A stretch of 64,000 bases of DNA from Sphyrna mokarran (GCA_024679065.1 JAGIQG010000020.1:7874001-7938000), one strand, 5' to 3'. Numbered from the stretch's first letter, positions 1 to 12,120 are shown. The notes: generated from the sequence alone by a model not told the origin. Numbers and translations: made by a program.

Positions 1-468
1 CCCTCTTTTGCAGTGCATGAATTTCATACAATATGTATTCCCGGACGTTATTTGCTGAATTATTATTTATTAAACCTTTCACAAAGAAGTACGAATAATC
101 TTCAACAAGAAGACAAAACACTTTCCATTCCTGACAGCATACAAGAGGAATCCGCTTAGAGAGAGATATCTCCTACACAAATGTCACCATTCTGACTACT
201 ATACATATTTATTACAATATACTGATATTGTATTAAGAAACTCCACAAGTATTGTGGAAATTGGTCACGTATTATGACATTGCACAAATAATATTCAGCA
301 AATTATCCAATCCTTCAATGTGAAGAAATGTGATTATTAGCTATTATTAATAATAATTTTGTGAACACCACGTGATCAATACCACGTGATCACAACTGTT
401 ACATAGAACCGCAGCCTCTAGATTCCACTCACAAAAATGGTGAGAGGAAATGAAATACCAGTGATCAA

Positions 469-1699
469 TTTATTCAAACTGATCATTGTGTTAATTCTGT
501 TTAACACGTCTGGTATACACGGTCTGTCTGTTATCACATTGCAAAATACGTCCCCTAATATACTGGGTATTTCTCTTCTACGAGAAAAATATAAAATTTC
601 TATTTCAAGACAGATTATTTTCCATCTCTCACGCACTTGAATAAGATTCGATATGAAGAAATTTCTCCTACACGTTTTTTGCCGCTATTCCAATTACTGC
701 ACACGTCCACTGTGAACTTACAGCGGTATTATTAAGTATTGTACAAACATTGTAGTACACGGGTCCCATAAGATGAAATCATACAGGTAAAGATCAGAAA
801 TATCCCTTTAACAAAGTGACAGTCTCCTTCAATGTGAAGGTTTTAATCGCACTGCTTCCATTTTGGAATACTATTTTTACACCAGAGTACACCTCTAGTT
901 TTGTTTGTATTATTTTTGGTCAGAGTCTTTTCACTCAGTTTTTGTCCAAGTATTTCTAAACGTTCTGCCAGGATACTGCGCAGTTGGGCAGAACTCGCTC
1001 TTTGGTTAGCTGTAACCCGGTGGAAAATGCAGAGGCGTTTCCACGCCTGGCTGGACTTGGGAGATCTGCTCACATTTCCAAGGTTGACGTTTGAAAACAG
1101 CTCTTGATTCCTTCGTGCAGACTCGTATCCGCCAATATCCTCAACGCAGAATCAGAGGCATGAGCTAAAAATGCAAGGGGAGAATAAATATATAAACACT
1201 GTGAACAAGAAATGATTCGAAATGCACTGCTTACAACTCGTGTGTGTAAGGGACTTCATGCCTTACCAGGATCTAGCTGCTGAATCTCAGGTTTCCAGCC
1301 CATTCTTACATTTCCAGCATGCCTTCATGCAAAGATTCGACTCGGCGTTTGTTTTCTGAATCGGTTGCAGGTCCAGCTGTAGAGAGGGGCCTCTTCTTAC
1401 CGTCATTGCACACAACTGAAAAGAGGATGGATATATAAGTAATTCAGAAAAAAAGTCCTTAAGATTGATATCACACACTATTAATATCGATGCTTAATTA
1501 ATGTTAAAAAATATGCAGGTGCAGCGAATCCAGCATGTTTTAAACATAATCTTACCTGGTATTGTTCTTTTAATGCGGTTCTATTTCCAAATGCTCTCTT
1601 CAAACGAGAGCCGCCCCGGTGATCCTCTGCGGTGGAGCCTGAAGCAAGTGCGAGAGCTCCAATGTGCTGCAGCTCTGCCCCGGAGCTGCGACATTTATA
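469..1699 (-). pseudogene. hes5-like non-coding paralogue psi1 (3 exons, ORF destroyed; candidate lncRNA)
   Basis: TATA at 1693-1699. Exon 1 ends at 1556 (CAG|GTAAG; reads KEQYQ vs KEKYK in the intact gene). Exon 2 is 1267-1415 (TTTCAG acceptor, CTG|GTAAGG donor) with frameshifted bHLH relics. Exon 3 starts at 1164 (TTTTTAG) with an Orange relic LHEGIKSCFQ (vs FKEGYSRCLQ) and TGG CAG AAC GTT TAG (956-970) colinear with WRPW-stop. AATAAA at 469-474. Exon 1 has no ATG. Confidence 0.8.
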
Positions 1700-1865
1700 G
1701 TCCCGAATGTACAGGGAGAAGCGTGAGTGCCGGCTTTCTTCACGGTTCCCACACTCGGCGGCCAATCGCTGCTGTCAGAGGAACAATGGCCAGAGTCCTT
1801 CTCTACTGAACGATGAATTAGCCACGCTGACTTGTCCTTTGTAGTCGATTCACAAGACCATCTGG
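1693..1865 (-). promoter_or_regulatory. Notch-responsive hes5-type promoter of psi1
   Basis: Read on the minus strand: CCAGATGGTC E-box (1856-1865), CATTGT, CCAAT box (1762-1766), TGTGGGAA CSL site (1746-1753), a 16-bp spacer, an inverted cryptic site CGTGAGTG (1722-1729), and TATAAAT (1693-1699). Confidence 0.8.
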
Positions 1866-2447
1866 AGAGCTGGTAGCAGCCAATAATCCCGGGTCGCAGA
1901 TTATGAGAAATAGAGACAAATTCTCCGACATGCCACCCAACACAAGGATAAACAACAACAAAAAAAGCACATCTGTCTCCTCTTTAACCTTCTGTGTCAA
2001 AGAATCTTCAAGAAACTTTATTAAAAAAAAACTTCCTCTAAAGATCATTTTTGCAGCAACAACTTGCATTTTGAAATGTTTTAAGCAAATACGTTAAAGG
2101 CTTCTGAAATCTATATTAATTTGAATATAAACATTTTGGCCAAAGTGTTACCGAACTTTAATGTGAACTCCATGCAACGGTCTTGAGTTTAAGTGTGGCA
2201 TAGTGATTTCTAAACTAAAAAGCTCACAGGACCATATTGTTTGCACTATTCCTATACAGTCCAGATCAAGGAAGAAGACTAATCCGCTGCTGAATTGTTT
2301 AGTCAAGTGAATCCATTCACCTCACATTTACATACATCTGTTGGACACGTAACATAACGGCAGCTCAGTATAGATCGGTAACACTGAGCCAGCGATTTAT
2401 CTCTTAAATGGACTGTAATTTCAAATTCCGTGAGTCATTGAACGCTA

Positions 2448-3430
2448 AGAATATAGAAATAGTAATGTGAGTGGGCCCTTTGAGCCTGCTCCAGCATTCA
2501 ACAAAATCCTCACTGGTTTATTACCTGAACCTCACCTTCCCGCACTGTCCACATACCCCTTAATTCTCTTTTTACTCCGAAATCAGAAACTCGGAGAATC
2601 ATAGAAGCCCCACAGTGCCATTCAGCCCATCGAATCTGCACCGATCCTCTGAAAGAGCATACGACTTCGGCCCAATTCCCTGTCATCACACTGCAACCCC
2701 ACATCTGGTCAATCCACATAACCTGTCCATCTTTGAACTGTGGGAGGGAACCGGATACCTGGAAGAAACCCGCACAGAAACAGGGAGAACGCGCAATCTC
2801 CACACAGGTAATGACCCAACTCTGGAATCCAACCTAAGTCCCTGGTAGTGTGAGACAGCAAAGCTAACACTGTGCCACCGTGCCAAATCTATTGCTATGT
2901 CTTGAATATACTCAATAACCCACCATCCACCAACCTGGAGGGTAGAGAATTTCAGAGACAATGTTCCGTGGTTGTTCGTGGTCCGTGGATAGGTTTATGG
3001 ATGAAAAGGGAATGGTTTAGGTTAGAGGGTCATTGCTTTTTCTTAATTGGTTGGTGCAACATCGAGGGTCGAAGGGCCCGTTCTGCGCTGTAATGTTCTA
3101 TGTTCTATTCTGAGTGAAAAGCATTCTCTCCATCTCAGCCCAAAATGATTGACCCTTTACTCTGAGACCGAGGGCCTGGGTTCTCGATTCCACGACAGGG
3201 AAATGTTTTCTCAATATCTATCCTGTAAAGCCCTTTGAGAATTTTAAATATTTCAATCGGATTACCTCTCATCTCTCTAATTTGCTGGGAATATTGGCCT
3301 GATCTAGTTGATCTCTTCTCCAAAGGTGACCTCCTCATCCCAGGAACCAATGTGATGAACTTCAGCTGCACTCCCTCTAGGGAAAGTATGTCCTTCCCCA
3401 GCTAGAGAAGCAACCCTGTACATAATACAA
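2448..3430 (-). mobile_element. Degenerate CR1 LINE 3' fragment, interrupted by a SINE and a short CR1 tail
   Basis: ORF 3135-3371 has CR1 ORF2 C-terminal relics (RGNPIEIFKILKGLYRID). A (TTCTATG)n tail of a plus-strand fragment lies near 3095-3110. Confidence 0.7.
2595..2884 (-). mobile_element. HE1-like V-SINE
   Basis: tRNA-like head GGCACGGTGGCACAGTG, V-domain and CR1-type tail, all on the minus strand. Confidence 0.8.
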
Positions 3431-4449
3431 AATCAGTTCCCTGGACATATTAATCGAGAGAACTACTTGTCAACAGTCCATGACCTAGTCTTCCACACTA
3501 TTACTGTAAATTCAGTTTGCCTAGTGTTCAAATGAAGATCAAAGAAGCCGGTGAGTACTGTATTACTCATATTACACATGTCTCTAATTTCACTTTATAC
3601 TCTGTCCTGCACTGCAACCACTATTATAGAGCCAATCAATAACTTCCAGCAATGCTTTCTGCTTCTTGTTGCTTCTTAACTGCACCCGAGTTGATTCTAT
3701 TTTTTCTAAGTTTAAGATTCCTTCTCTCTCCTGGCTTTTTCTCCTTACGTATTTGCCCTCTCGACATGAATGCTAACATTGCATTTGCGTTCCTGACTGC
3801 CGACTGAATCTACATCTTAACTTTAAGAGAATCTTGAACAATGACTCCCAAGTCCCTTTGTATTTCTGATTTCCTAAGCATTTTCCCATTTAGAAAATAG
3901 TTTATGCCTCCTTTCCTCCTTCCAAAGTGCAAAACGTCACAATTTTCCACGTTGTATTCCATCTGCTGCTTCTTTGCCCACTCTCCTAATTATCTCCCTT
4001 TGCATTTTGCCCAACTCTTCTAAAAGTGAAGTATCCTGGAATGCCCATTTTGCCAATCTCTTCTCACACTGGAATGCTTTGTTTCCAACCTTGTCCACTT
4101 TTCTCTTCGTATTGATATCTTTGTAATGGTTGTTGGATTACAGCTATTAATTTCTATTTGCAATATTAATTCACTTAATTTGTTTATGATCAGGTATGGT
4201 GTTGTTCATTGGGGTTTTGTCTAACTTTCCCCTACGTTGCCTTAGACAATTTATCTGGGTCTTCCTGATCCATTCTGCTTACTCATACCCAAAATGTTGC
4301 TCTGAACCAAGAGTTTCCCTTGCTGTTTTTATCCTCTCCAGAATCCTGTCTCCTCCTCTTTTGTTAATTTAAAATCCATCTACTTCCTTCATTATCTGAT
4401 TCACCAAAACACTGGTCCAGCCAGAGTTTAATGAGTTAGAGCCATTGAA

Positions 4450-5830
4450 ATAAGACATAAGACCATAAGACGTAGGAGCAGAATTAGGCCACTCGGCCCA
4501 TTAGGTCAGCTTCTCCATTCAATCATGGCTGATTTTTATCTCATCCCCATTCTCCTGCCTCTTCTCCATAAACTCTGATCTCCTTGTTAATCAAGAACCT
4601 ATCTACTTCTATCTTGCAGATGCTTAATGACCTGGCTTCCACAGTCGTCTGCAGTAAGAAGTTCCACAGATTCACATTCCTGGCTGAAGAAATATCTCCT
4701 CACTGTTGTTTTAAAGGACCATCCCTTTAGCCTGAGGTTGTGGTTTCTGGTTCTAGTTTTTCCTGAGTGGAAAAATTCTCTCCATATCCACCTTATCCAG
4801 GCCTTGCAGTATCGTATAAGTTGTAAATAACCCTCCCCCCCCCCCCACAATCTTCTAAACTCCAACACGTACAGATCCGGAATCCTCAACTACTCATCAT
4901 ACGACAAGCTCTTCATTCCAGGGATCATTCTTGTGAACCTCCTCTGGGCTCTTTCTAAGGCCAGCACATCCTTCCTTAGGTATGGGGCCCAAACCTCCTC
5001 ACAATACTCCAAATAGGTCCTAAACAGAGCCTTATTTAGTCAAAAAGTATATTCCTGCTCTTGTATTCTAGCCCTCTCGACATAAATGCTAACATTGCAT
5101 TTGCGTTCCTGACTGCCAACTGAATCTACATCTTAACTTTAAAAGAATCTTGAACAATGGTTGCCAAGTTCCTTTGTATTTCTGATTTCCTAAGCATTTT
5201 CCCATTTAGAAAATAATCTATGCCTTTATTCCTCCTTAACCTCACACTTTTCCACATTGTATTCCATCTACCACTTCTTTGTCCACTCTCCTAACTAAGT
5301 CCTTCTGCAGCACCTCCCCCACCCCCTAATTCCTCAATATTGCCTGTCCCTCTACATATCTTTGTATTATCTGCAAACTTAGCAACAATGTCTTCAGTTC
5401 CTTTCTCCAAATTGTTAATGTATATTGTGAAAAGTTGTGGTCCCAGCATCGACCCTAAGGCACACCAGTAGTCACTGGCTGCCACCCTGAAAAAGACCCC
5501 TTTATCTCCACTCTCTGCCTTCTGCCAGTCAGCGAATCCTCTATCCATGCCATGATCTTACCCTTAACACCATGGGATCTTTATCTATTTAACAGTGTGC
5601 TATGTGGCATCTTTGTCTTCTGGAAATCTAAATAAATTACATCCACTGGTTCTCCTTTATTTAATTTACTTGTTACCTCCTCAAAGAACTCTAACAGATT
5701 TGTTAGACATCACCTTCCCTTGACAAAGCCATGCTGGTTCAGTCCTACTTTATCATGCACTTCCAAGTATTCTGCGATCTTTAATAATGTTATTATCTAA
5801 AACCTTGTCAATGACCAAAGTCAGGCTAAC
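4450..5830 (-). mobile_element. CR1 LINE, 5'-truncated and decayed RT region
   Basis: RT motifs GSMLGPQLFTIYINNL and KFADNTK in ORF 5291-5548; (TCTTATG)-type tail at about 4450-4470. Confidence 0.85.
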
Positions 5831-6109
5831 ATTTTGAATAGTCCTCTGTGCTGTACAGTTCTGTGATTCTGCAAATTACTCTTCAGAAATGCTATGCTGC
5901 AATGTTGCAGTTTGACAGACTTCACATTGAGTGCCATATTTTTTCACTACCCTAAATTTCTTAATACATTTGAATGAGCGGAAGGAAGAGGAATTAAATA
6001 GGTCATCCGATTGTGCTAGGAAATTAAGTCAGAGAAGCATGAACTTTACAGTTCAGAAATATATGAAACAGTGAATGATAAATTAAAATAAACACAGTGC
6101 AATATTGGA

Positions 6110-7190
6110 TTGGAATCATGGAATCATAGAACCACGCAATGCAGAAGGGGCCCTTTGGCCCATCTAGTCTGCAACGGCATATTGGAAACACCTGAAGTCC
6201 CACCTAATCCCATCTGCCAGCACTTGGCCCATAGCCTTGAATGCTGTGATGTGCCAAGTGTTCATCCAAATACTTTTTAAAGGATGTGCAGGAACCCACA
6301 TTTACACATCTTCCAGGCAATGCTTTCCAGGCTGTCAACACTCTCTCATAGAATCTACGGCACAGAGACAGTCCGTCAGTCCAAACTGATTCATGCTGAT
6401 CAACATACTCATCTAAGCTAACCCATTTGCCTGTATTTGGCCCCTATTTTTCTAAAGCGTCCCTATCCATGTATCCGTCTAAATGCCTTTTAAAAATTAT
6501 CGAAAGACTGAGTGGACTCAATGGGCTGAATGGCCTAATTCTGCTCCTATATCTTATAAATTTATGAATTTATGTCCTCTTGTGACTGAGCCTTCAACAG
6601 CTGCTCCTTATCCGCTCTGTCATATCTCTCATAATCTTGTACACCTCGATCAGGTCACTCCTCAGTCTTCTCTGCCCCAATGAAAACAACCCAAGCTTAC
6701 ACAACCTCACTTCATAACTTAAATCTTCCATCCCAGGCAGCATCCTGGTGAATCACCTTTGCACCTCCTCCAGTGCAATCACATTCTTTAGATAATGTGG
6801 CGACCAGACCTCCACACAATTCTCTAGCTGTGGCTTCACCAAAGTTCTATACAACTCCAACATGACTTTCTGCTTTTGTAATCTATGCCTGGATTGATAA
6901 AGGCAAGTATCCGATATGACCTTTTCACCACCCCACTAACATACCTTCAGAGATCTATGGACAAACACAGCAAGGTTCAGTTGTTCCATAGACTTCTTAA
7001 TCACCTATTGTTTATTGAGTACTTTATTATCAAATTACTCCTACCAAAGTGTATCACCTCACACTTTTTAGAGTTAATTTCTACTTGCCACTTATCTGCC
7101 CATTCCGTCTGTATCTTCTTATAGCCCAAGACAGTCTTCCTCATGGTTCATCGCCCGTCCAATCTTTGTGCCATCTGCGAACTTTACTGT
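6110..7190 (-). mobile_element. Nested CR1 3' fragments
   Basis: Several CATAGAA tails, plus reverse-strand CR1 ORF2 C-terminal sequence (CCAGGCAGCATCCTGGTGAA). Confidence 0.7.
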
Positions 7191-8269
7191 ATGTTATGCG
7201 AATTGTACATTTGGAACAGGTGGCTGAGAAAAATCAGCATGTATTGAAAGAATATAATTGTTTTGATTAAACCAGATTAGAAAGTATTAGCTATAGTTAG
7301 TTAAAGTTACAGAATTTACAATTCTGAAGAAGAGTCATGTTGAATTCGGAATTCTGCTCTGCTTCTCTTTCCAGAAAGGCTACCAGACCTGCCTTTTCTT
7401 TCAAGCACTTTTTGTTTTAATATTATAGATCCCAAAACATTAGGCCATTTTTAAAATACAATTATATGAGTGTGAATGAGCTTTAATGATTTCACATTTC
7501 ATAGATTCCTATGGGATATGTATGGAAGAGCAGACATTAATCGTATCACTGGACATATTTCGATCAAGCCGATATGTGAGGCAGGGTATACTGACATAGA
7601 AATAGGCCTTTACTCAAGGTACAAAACTGTGTGCCACACATCAGACTGAAATATGAGCGTAAAGCGCTGGGTGCAAGGAAATAATGCACCATGAATGCAA
7701 AATTTGTTCGTTCAGTAACTTAACATAATATTTTTATTAGAAGATTGCAATGATACATTGTCACCACATGCTTTCCCAATTTTGCATTCAATTTTAAATA
7801 TCTTCCTCTGAAATTGCTTGATTTGGATCATTTCATGTTGTACTCTTTAACTGGTCTGGTTCACAAGATAATCCCAAAGATTTCTATGAACTCGCTCAGA
7901 TGACCCTGGATATTACAAAATATTGGCCTTCATATTTCTTTCATAGGCTGTGCCATAGCTCCACTTTACTGCTTCTATTTAACAAGAAGATTTCAAGCAT
8001 CTTCAACAAAGACTTAGCATTTTTGACACTCTTAGAGAATGTTATCTCTCAATACCTGATATCCTGCAACTACTGTGGATAACCGATGGTTTGTTACAGT
8101 TCATCCTCAAAATATTGAACATTCACCGACACAAAATCATTTATCTTGATTTATTTAAGGATAGTGTATAAGATGTGCAATAGATGTTCAATAATTCAAT
8201 GTTTTTGCCACATAATGATAAAGAAAATCAAGGGAATATGATTCACTTTCCATCCGTGACTCATTTCGA

Positions 8270-8510
8270 TATAAAATCATGATAATAGAGAAGGCAGCCA
8301 TTCAGCCCATCGAGGTTACACCGACTCAGCGTCCCACCCAGACGCTGTCCAAGTAACCCCACACATTTCCCATGGATAATCCATCTAATCTGCACATCCT
8401 GGGACACTAAGCAGCAATTTAGCATGGTCAATCCACCTAATCTGCATATTTTTGGACCTTGGGAGGTAAACCTCGCAGACACAGGAGAATGTGCAAATTC
8501 CACACAAACA
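8270..8510 (-). mobile_element. HE1-like V-SINE (partial)
   Basis: V-domain and CR1-type tail; the head is missing. Confidence 0.7.
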
Positions 8511-8837
8511 GATATGTAATGGAAATGGTGTGTGTGTGTGGAGTGGTACAGAATTATTTCAATCATTCCAGATACTACGTATATTCACTATGAATGTACA
8601 GATATATTGCTGTATTTTTTAACAACTGTACACATACCATAGGCTGAATATTACACAGAATGTGATCAGAAGTATGGCTTTCATACTTTTCCTACAATGT
8701 GAAGATAAACAATGACATCTCTGCCATCCGGGAATATTGTTTTATGCGAGTTATGATTTTTTTTTGCAAACCACGTAAAGTCTTTTCGCACGGCCACAGC
8801 TTCCAGAGTGTGGTGAGGTTTTGATTGTCATCATTAG

Positions 8838-10152
8838 CAAGACATCTCACAACATCAGATTAAAGTCTAACAGGTTCACTTGGTAGCACAAGCCACTAGC
8901 TTTCAGAGCTTGCCCCTTCATCAGGAGAGTGGGAGTTCTGTTCACGGCATATAAAGACACAAACTCAATTCACAAAATAATGGTTGGAGTGCGAGTTTTT
9001 ACAGTAATGAGGTCTTAAAGGTACAGACAATGTGAGTGGAGAGAGGGTTAAACACAGGTTAAAGAGATGTGTATTGTCTCCAGCCTGGACAGTTAGTGAG
9101 ATTTTGCAAGCCCAGGGAATTCATGGGGGTTACAGATAGTGTGACATAAACCTAAGATCCTGGTTGAGGTCGTCCTCACGTGTGTGGAACTTGGTTACCA
9201 GTCTTTGCTCAGCAACTCTGCATTGTTGTGTGTTGTGAAAGCCATCTTGGAGAACCTGAAGATCAGAGGCCGAATGGCTGTGACCACTGAAGTGTCCCCA
9301 ACAGGAAGAGAACATTCTTTCCTGGTGATTGTCAAGGGGTGTTCATTCATCCGTTGTCATAGTGTCTGCATGGTCTCCCCAATGTACCATGACTCCAGGC
9401 ATCCTTTCCTACAGAGTATCAGGTAGATACAATTGGCCAAGTTGCAAGTGTATGCACCGTATACTTGGTGGATGGTATTCTCACTTGACATGATGGCATT
9501 CGCGTCGATGATTGGACACACCTTGCAGAGGAAATGATGCCTCGAGGGATGGTACATTGGGAGATCATGCAGACGCTGTGACAACAGATAAATGAACATC
9601 ACTCGACAATCACCAGACAAAAGTGTTCTCTTCCTGTTGGTGAACACTTCGGTGGTCAATGGCATTTGCCCTCTGATCTTTGGGTAAGAGTTCTCCAAGG
9701 CGGCCTTCATGACACACGACAGCGCAGAGCACTGAACAGAGACTGATAGCCAAGTTCCACACATACGAGGATGACCTCTACAGGGATCTTGTGTTGCTGT
9801 CACACTATCTGTAACCCTTACAGCTTGCCTGGGCTTGCAAAATCTCACTAACTGTCCGTCTGGAGACAATACACATCTCTTTAACCTATGCTTAACCCTC
9901 TCTCTGCTCACATTATCTGTAATACTAAAACTTGATTACCTATAAAGATTCACATTCCAACAATTAATTTGTAAATTGAGTTTGTGCCTTTATGTGCCCT
10001 GTTTGTGAACAGAACTCCCACTTACCCGATGAAGGGGCAGCACTCTGAACTTAGTGGCTTTTGCTAGCAAATAAACCTGTCGGACTTTAACCTGGTGTTG
10101 TGAGACTACATGTTATGTTTACCCCACTCCAACGCCGGCATCTCCACATCAT
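8838..10152. mobile_element. Penelope-like element, inverted two-arm structure with GIY-YIG endonuclease remnant
   Basis: The minus-strand frame reads CKVC...NCIYLILCRKGCLESWYIGET (CxxC plus GIY-YIG). The arm at about 8840-9410 is an imperfect reverse complement of about 9535-10110. Confidence 0.85.
8893..8927 (-). ncRNA. Minimal type I hammerhead ribozyme motif in a Penelope terminus
   Basis: Minus strand CTGATGA-A-GGGG(CAAG)CTCT-GAAA-GC-TA-GTG has an intact core; stem I is imperfect. Confidence 0.5.
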
Positions 10153-10784
10153 GTCGTCGTTAAGACAGGGAGTGTCTACCATACCCAAGCAATTGGCTGA
10201 GTGTGAATTATTTGCAGAGATTTGAGGATTTTCTTCTAAACGTCGTTTCTGGCGGTTGGACAATATTGACAGCCTATTATAAAATAAAAAAAATGAAACA
10301 GTGTCGTTGAGAACTCCGGTTATACGAACGATAAGAAATATTGCCATGAGGTGAGAAAGCCTGATTTTCCCTATGTGCATTTACCGGTGGGAAGTTTGTG
10401 GTTGAACTTTTTCTGAAGGTCACTTTCATAAATTCCATAGAATCCCTACAATGCAGAAGGAGGCCATTCGGGTCTGCACTGACTCTCCAAAAGAGCAGCT
10501 AACCCCAAGCGCTATTCCCCCAACCCCATCTATTCACCCGCCGCTGTTGGCAAATTTTCTGTGTAACTAAATTCATCAACTGAAAAAGAGAACCGAATTG
10601 TGAAAAAAAAAATTGGCACCCAACAAGGTGTTGAAGATTGATTTCATTCTTGAAGTGCTCAGGGACCAGGTCTGACGTTTGTTTTCACGCCAGGTTGTGA
10701 TGCTGAAAAGAGCGAAGTCACTTTGAAGGTTTCTTCCCAATACAACAGCCTCGGTTCCAGGGCAGACTCAGACTGAAGCTCGGC

Positions 10785-10928
10785 ACTTCCGGCTCCGCCT
10801 TTCTTGGTCACTCTGAATCCAATCAGCTGTCCCGGGGTCAGTCCCAAAAGCAGGAACATCTGGCCAGCACGGATGTCAAGTTGGTCTCCGCTCATCTGAG
10901 GTCAGGAGATCTCGGGAAAGTCCCGCCC
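10785..10928 (-). promoter_or_regulatory. Orphan promoter/enhancer-like motif cluster
   Basis: GGGACTTTCC kappaB site (10915-10924, minus), GC boxes, CTGATTGG (10819-10826, minus) and ETS CCGGAAGT (10785-10792, minus), all in non-repeat sequence. Confidence 0.4.
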
Positions 10929-10997
10929 AGCATCATTCAAACAATTCCCTCACTGAATAAAAGCTGCGTTAGGCATCTGGTTAACAGGAATTACTCT

Positions 10998-11212
10998 GTG
11001 GCACGGTGGTTAGCATTGCTGCCTCGCAGCGCTAGGGAACAGTTTCGATCCATACAATCCCTGTGGAGTTCTCTCCGTGTCCTGCAGGTGCTCCACTTTC
11101 CTCCCACAGTCCAAAAACGTGCAAATTACGGGGATAGGGTGGAGGACCAGGACCTGAATCGGTACAGTTTGATGGGCCAGATGGCCTCTTTCTGCACTGT
11201 AGGGGTTCTATA
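10998..11212 (+). mobile_element. HE1-like V-SINE, internally deleted
   Basis: GTGGCACGGTGGTTAGCATTGCTGCC head and CTGCACTGTAGGGGTTCTA tail. Confidence 0.75.
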
Positions 11213-11379
11213 ATTGGACTGTATTATTTCCTCTGGTTAGGTTCTGTTACTGAACTGCAAGTGACCAGTGACGACTCGGATATGAAGCATCAACACTCAA
11301 ACTTTTTGCAATAACGGAAACTATTCTAGTTACTATTAACGGCGCAACCTGTCTGTGAAACTGAAATCAAATAGCAAAG

Positions 11380-12120
11380 AGCAAAGGAAAGTACAAAACA
11401 GGGCCATGATGTCCTAACTGAACTACACAAAAAAATTCTTCTGCACTGACTCGGCGCATATCCCTCTATTCCCTCCGTATCCCTCCATTCATGCTCCTAT
11501 CCAGATGCTCCCTGAATATTGCTAATGTTCCTGCTCCCACCACTTTCTCTGGCAGCACATTCCAGGTACTCACTATTGAAAAGCTTCCCCCCACATCTCC
11601 TTTAAACTTTCCTCCCCTCATCTTGAAACTTTGCAATTGACACTTCGGATAAAATTGCAATAATCCAACATTTGAATATTTCATTGTACTTGCTCACATC
11701 ATATTGAGTACAGTGAATAATATTCATTATTAAAATATAATAGACTTATGCATTTTTCTTTGATTCATTATCCAGCCATAATGTACCAAATACTCATGCA
11801 GTAAAGGAAGACCATCAAATGAATGTTTCTAAATCAGGAAATTGAAGTGTTGCTGATTGGTGTACTGCAGTTTAAAATAGTATGTGTTCTGGAATAGTGC
11901 ATTTAAGAGTTGGGGGAAAAAAAACCTCTGGCTATCCACCATGCTTATGCTTCCCATAACTTTGAAGACTTCTATCAGGTCTCCCTTCAGCCTCAATCTT
12001 TCAAATCCTTATTTATTCAACCTCTCCTCACAGCCAACACCCTCCAGGCCAGGCAACATCCTGGTGAACCTTCTTTGCAATCTCACTGAAGTTTCCACAT
12101 CATTCTGGTAGTGTGGCGAT
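11380..12120 (-). mobile_element. CR1 3' fragments (two pieces)
   Basis: ORF 11466-11684 has the CR1 C-terminus (FKMRGGKFKGD...WNVLPEKVVGAGTL); a second piece lies at about 11920-12120. Confidence 0.65.

Noticed and set aside
999-1014. A mir-9 gene on the plus strand
   Set aside because: The match lacks four internal bases and there is no complementary 3p arm or hairpin; it reads better as a target site on the minus-strand transcript.
1481-1809. ORFs over the psi1 promoter (and 15970-16416 over psi2) with mutually similar peptides
   Set aside because: They run through the CSL and TATA elements and into introns; the similarity reflects promoter conservation, not protein coding.
7320-7420. 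Further hammerhead-like motifs in short repeats (also about 14870, 38110, 44780)
   Set aside because: Catalytic core nucleotides are mutated; these are relics only.
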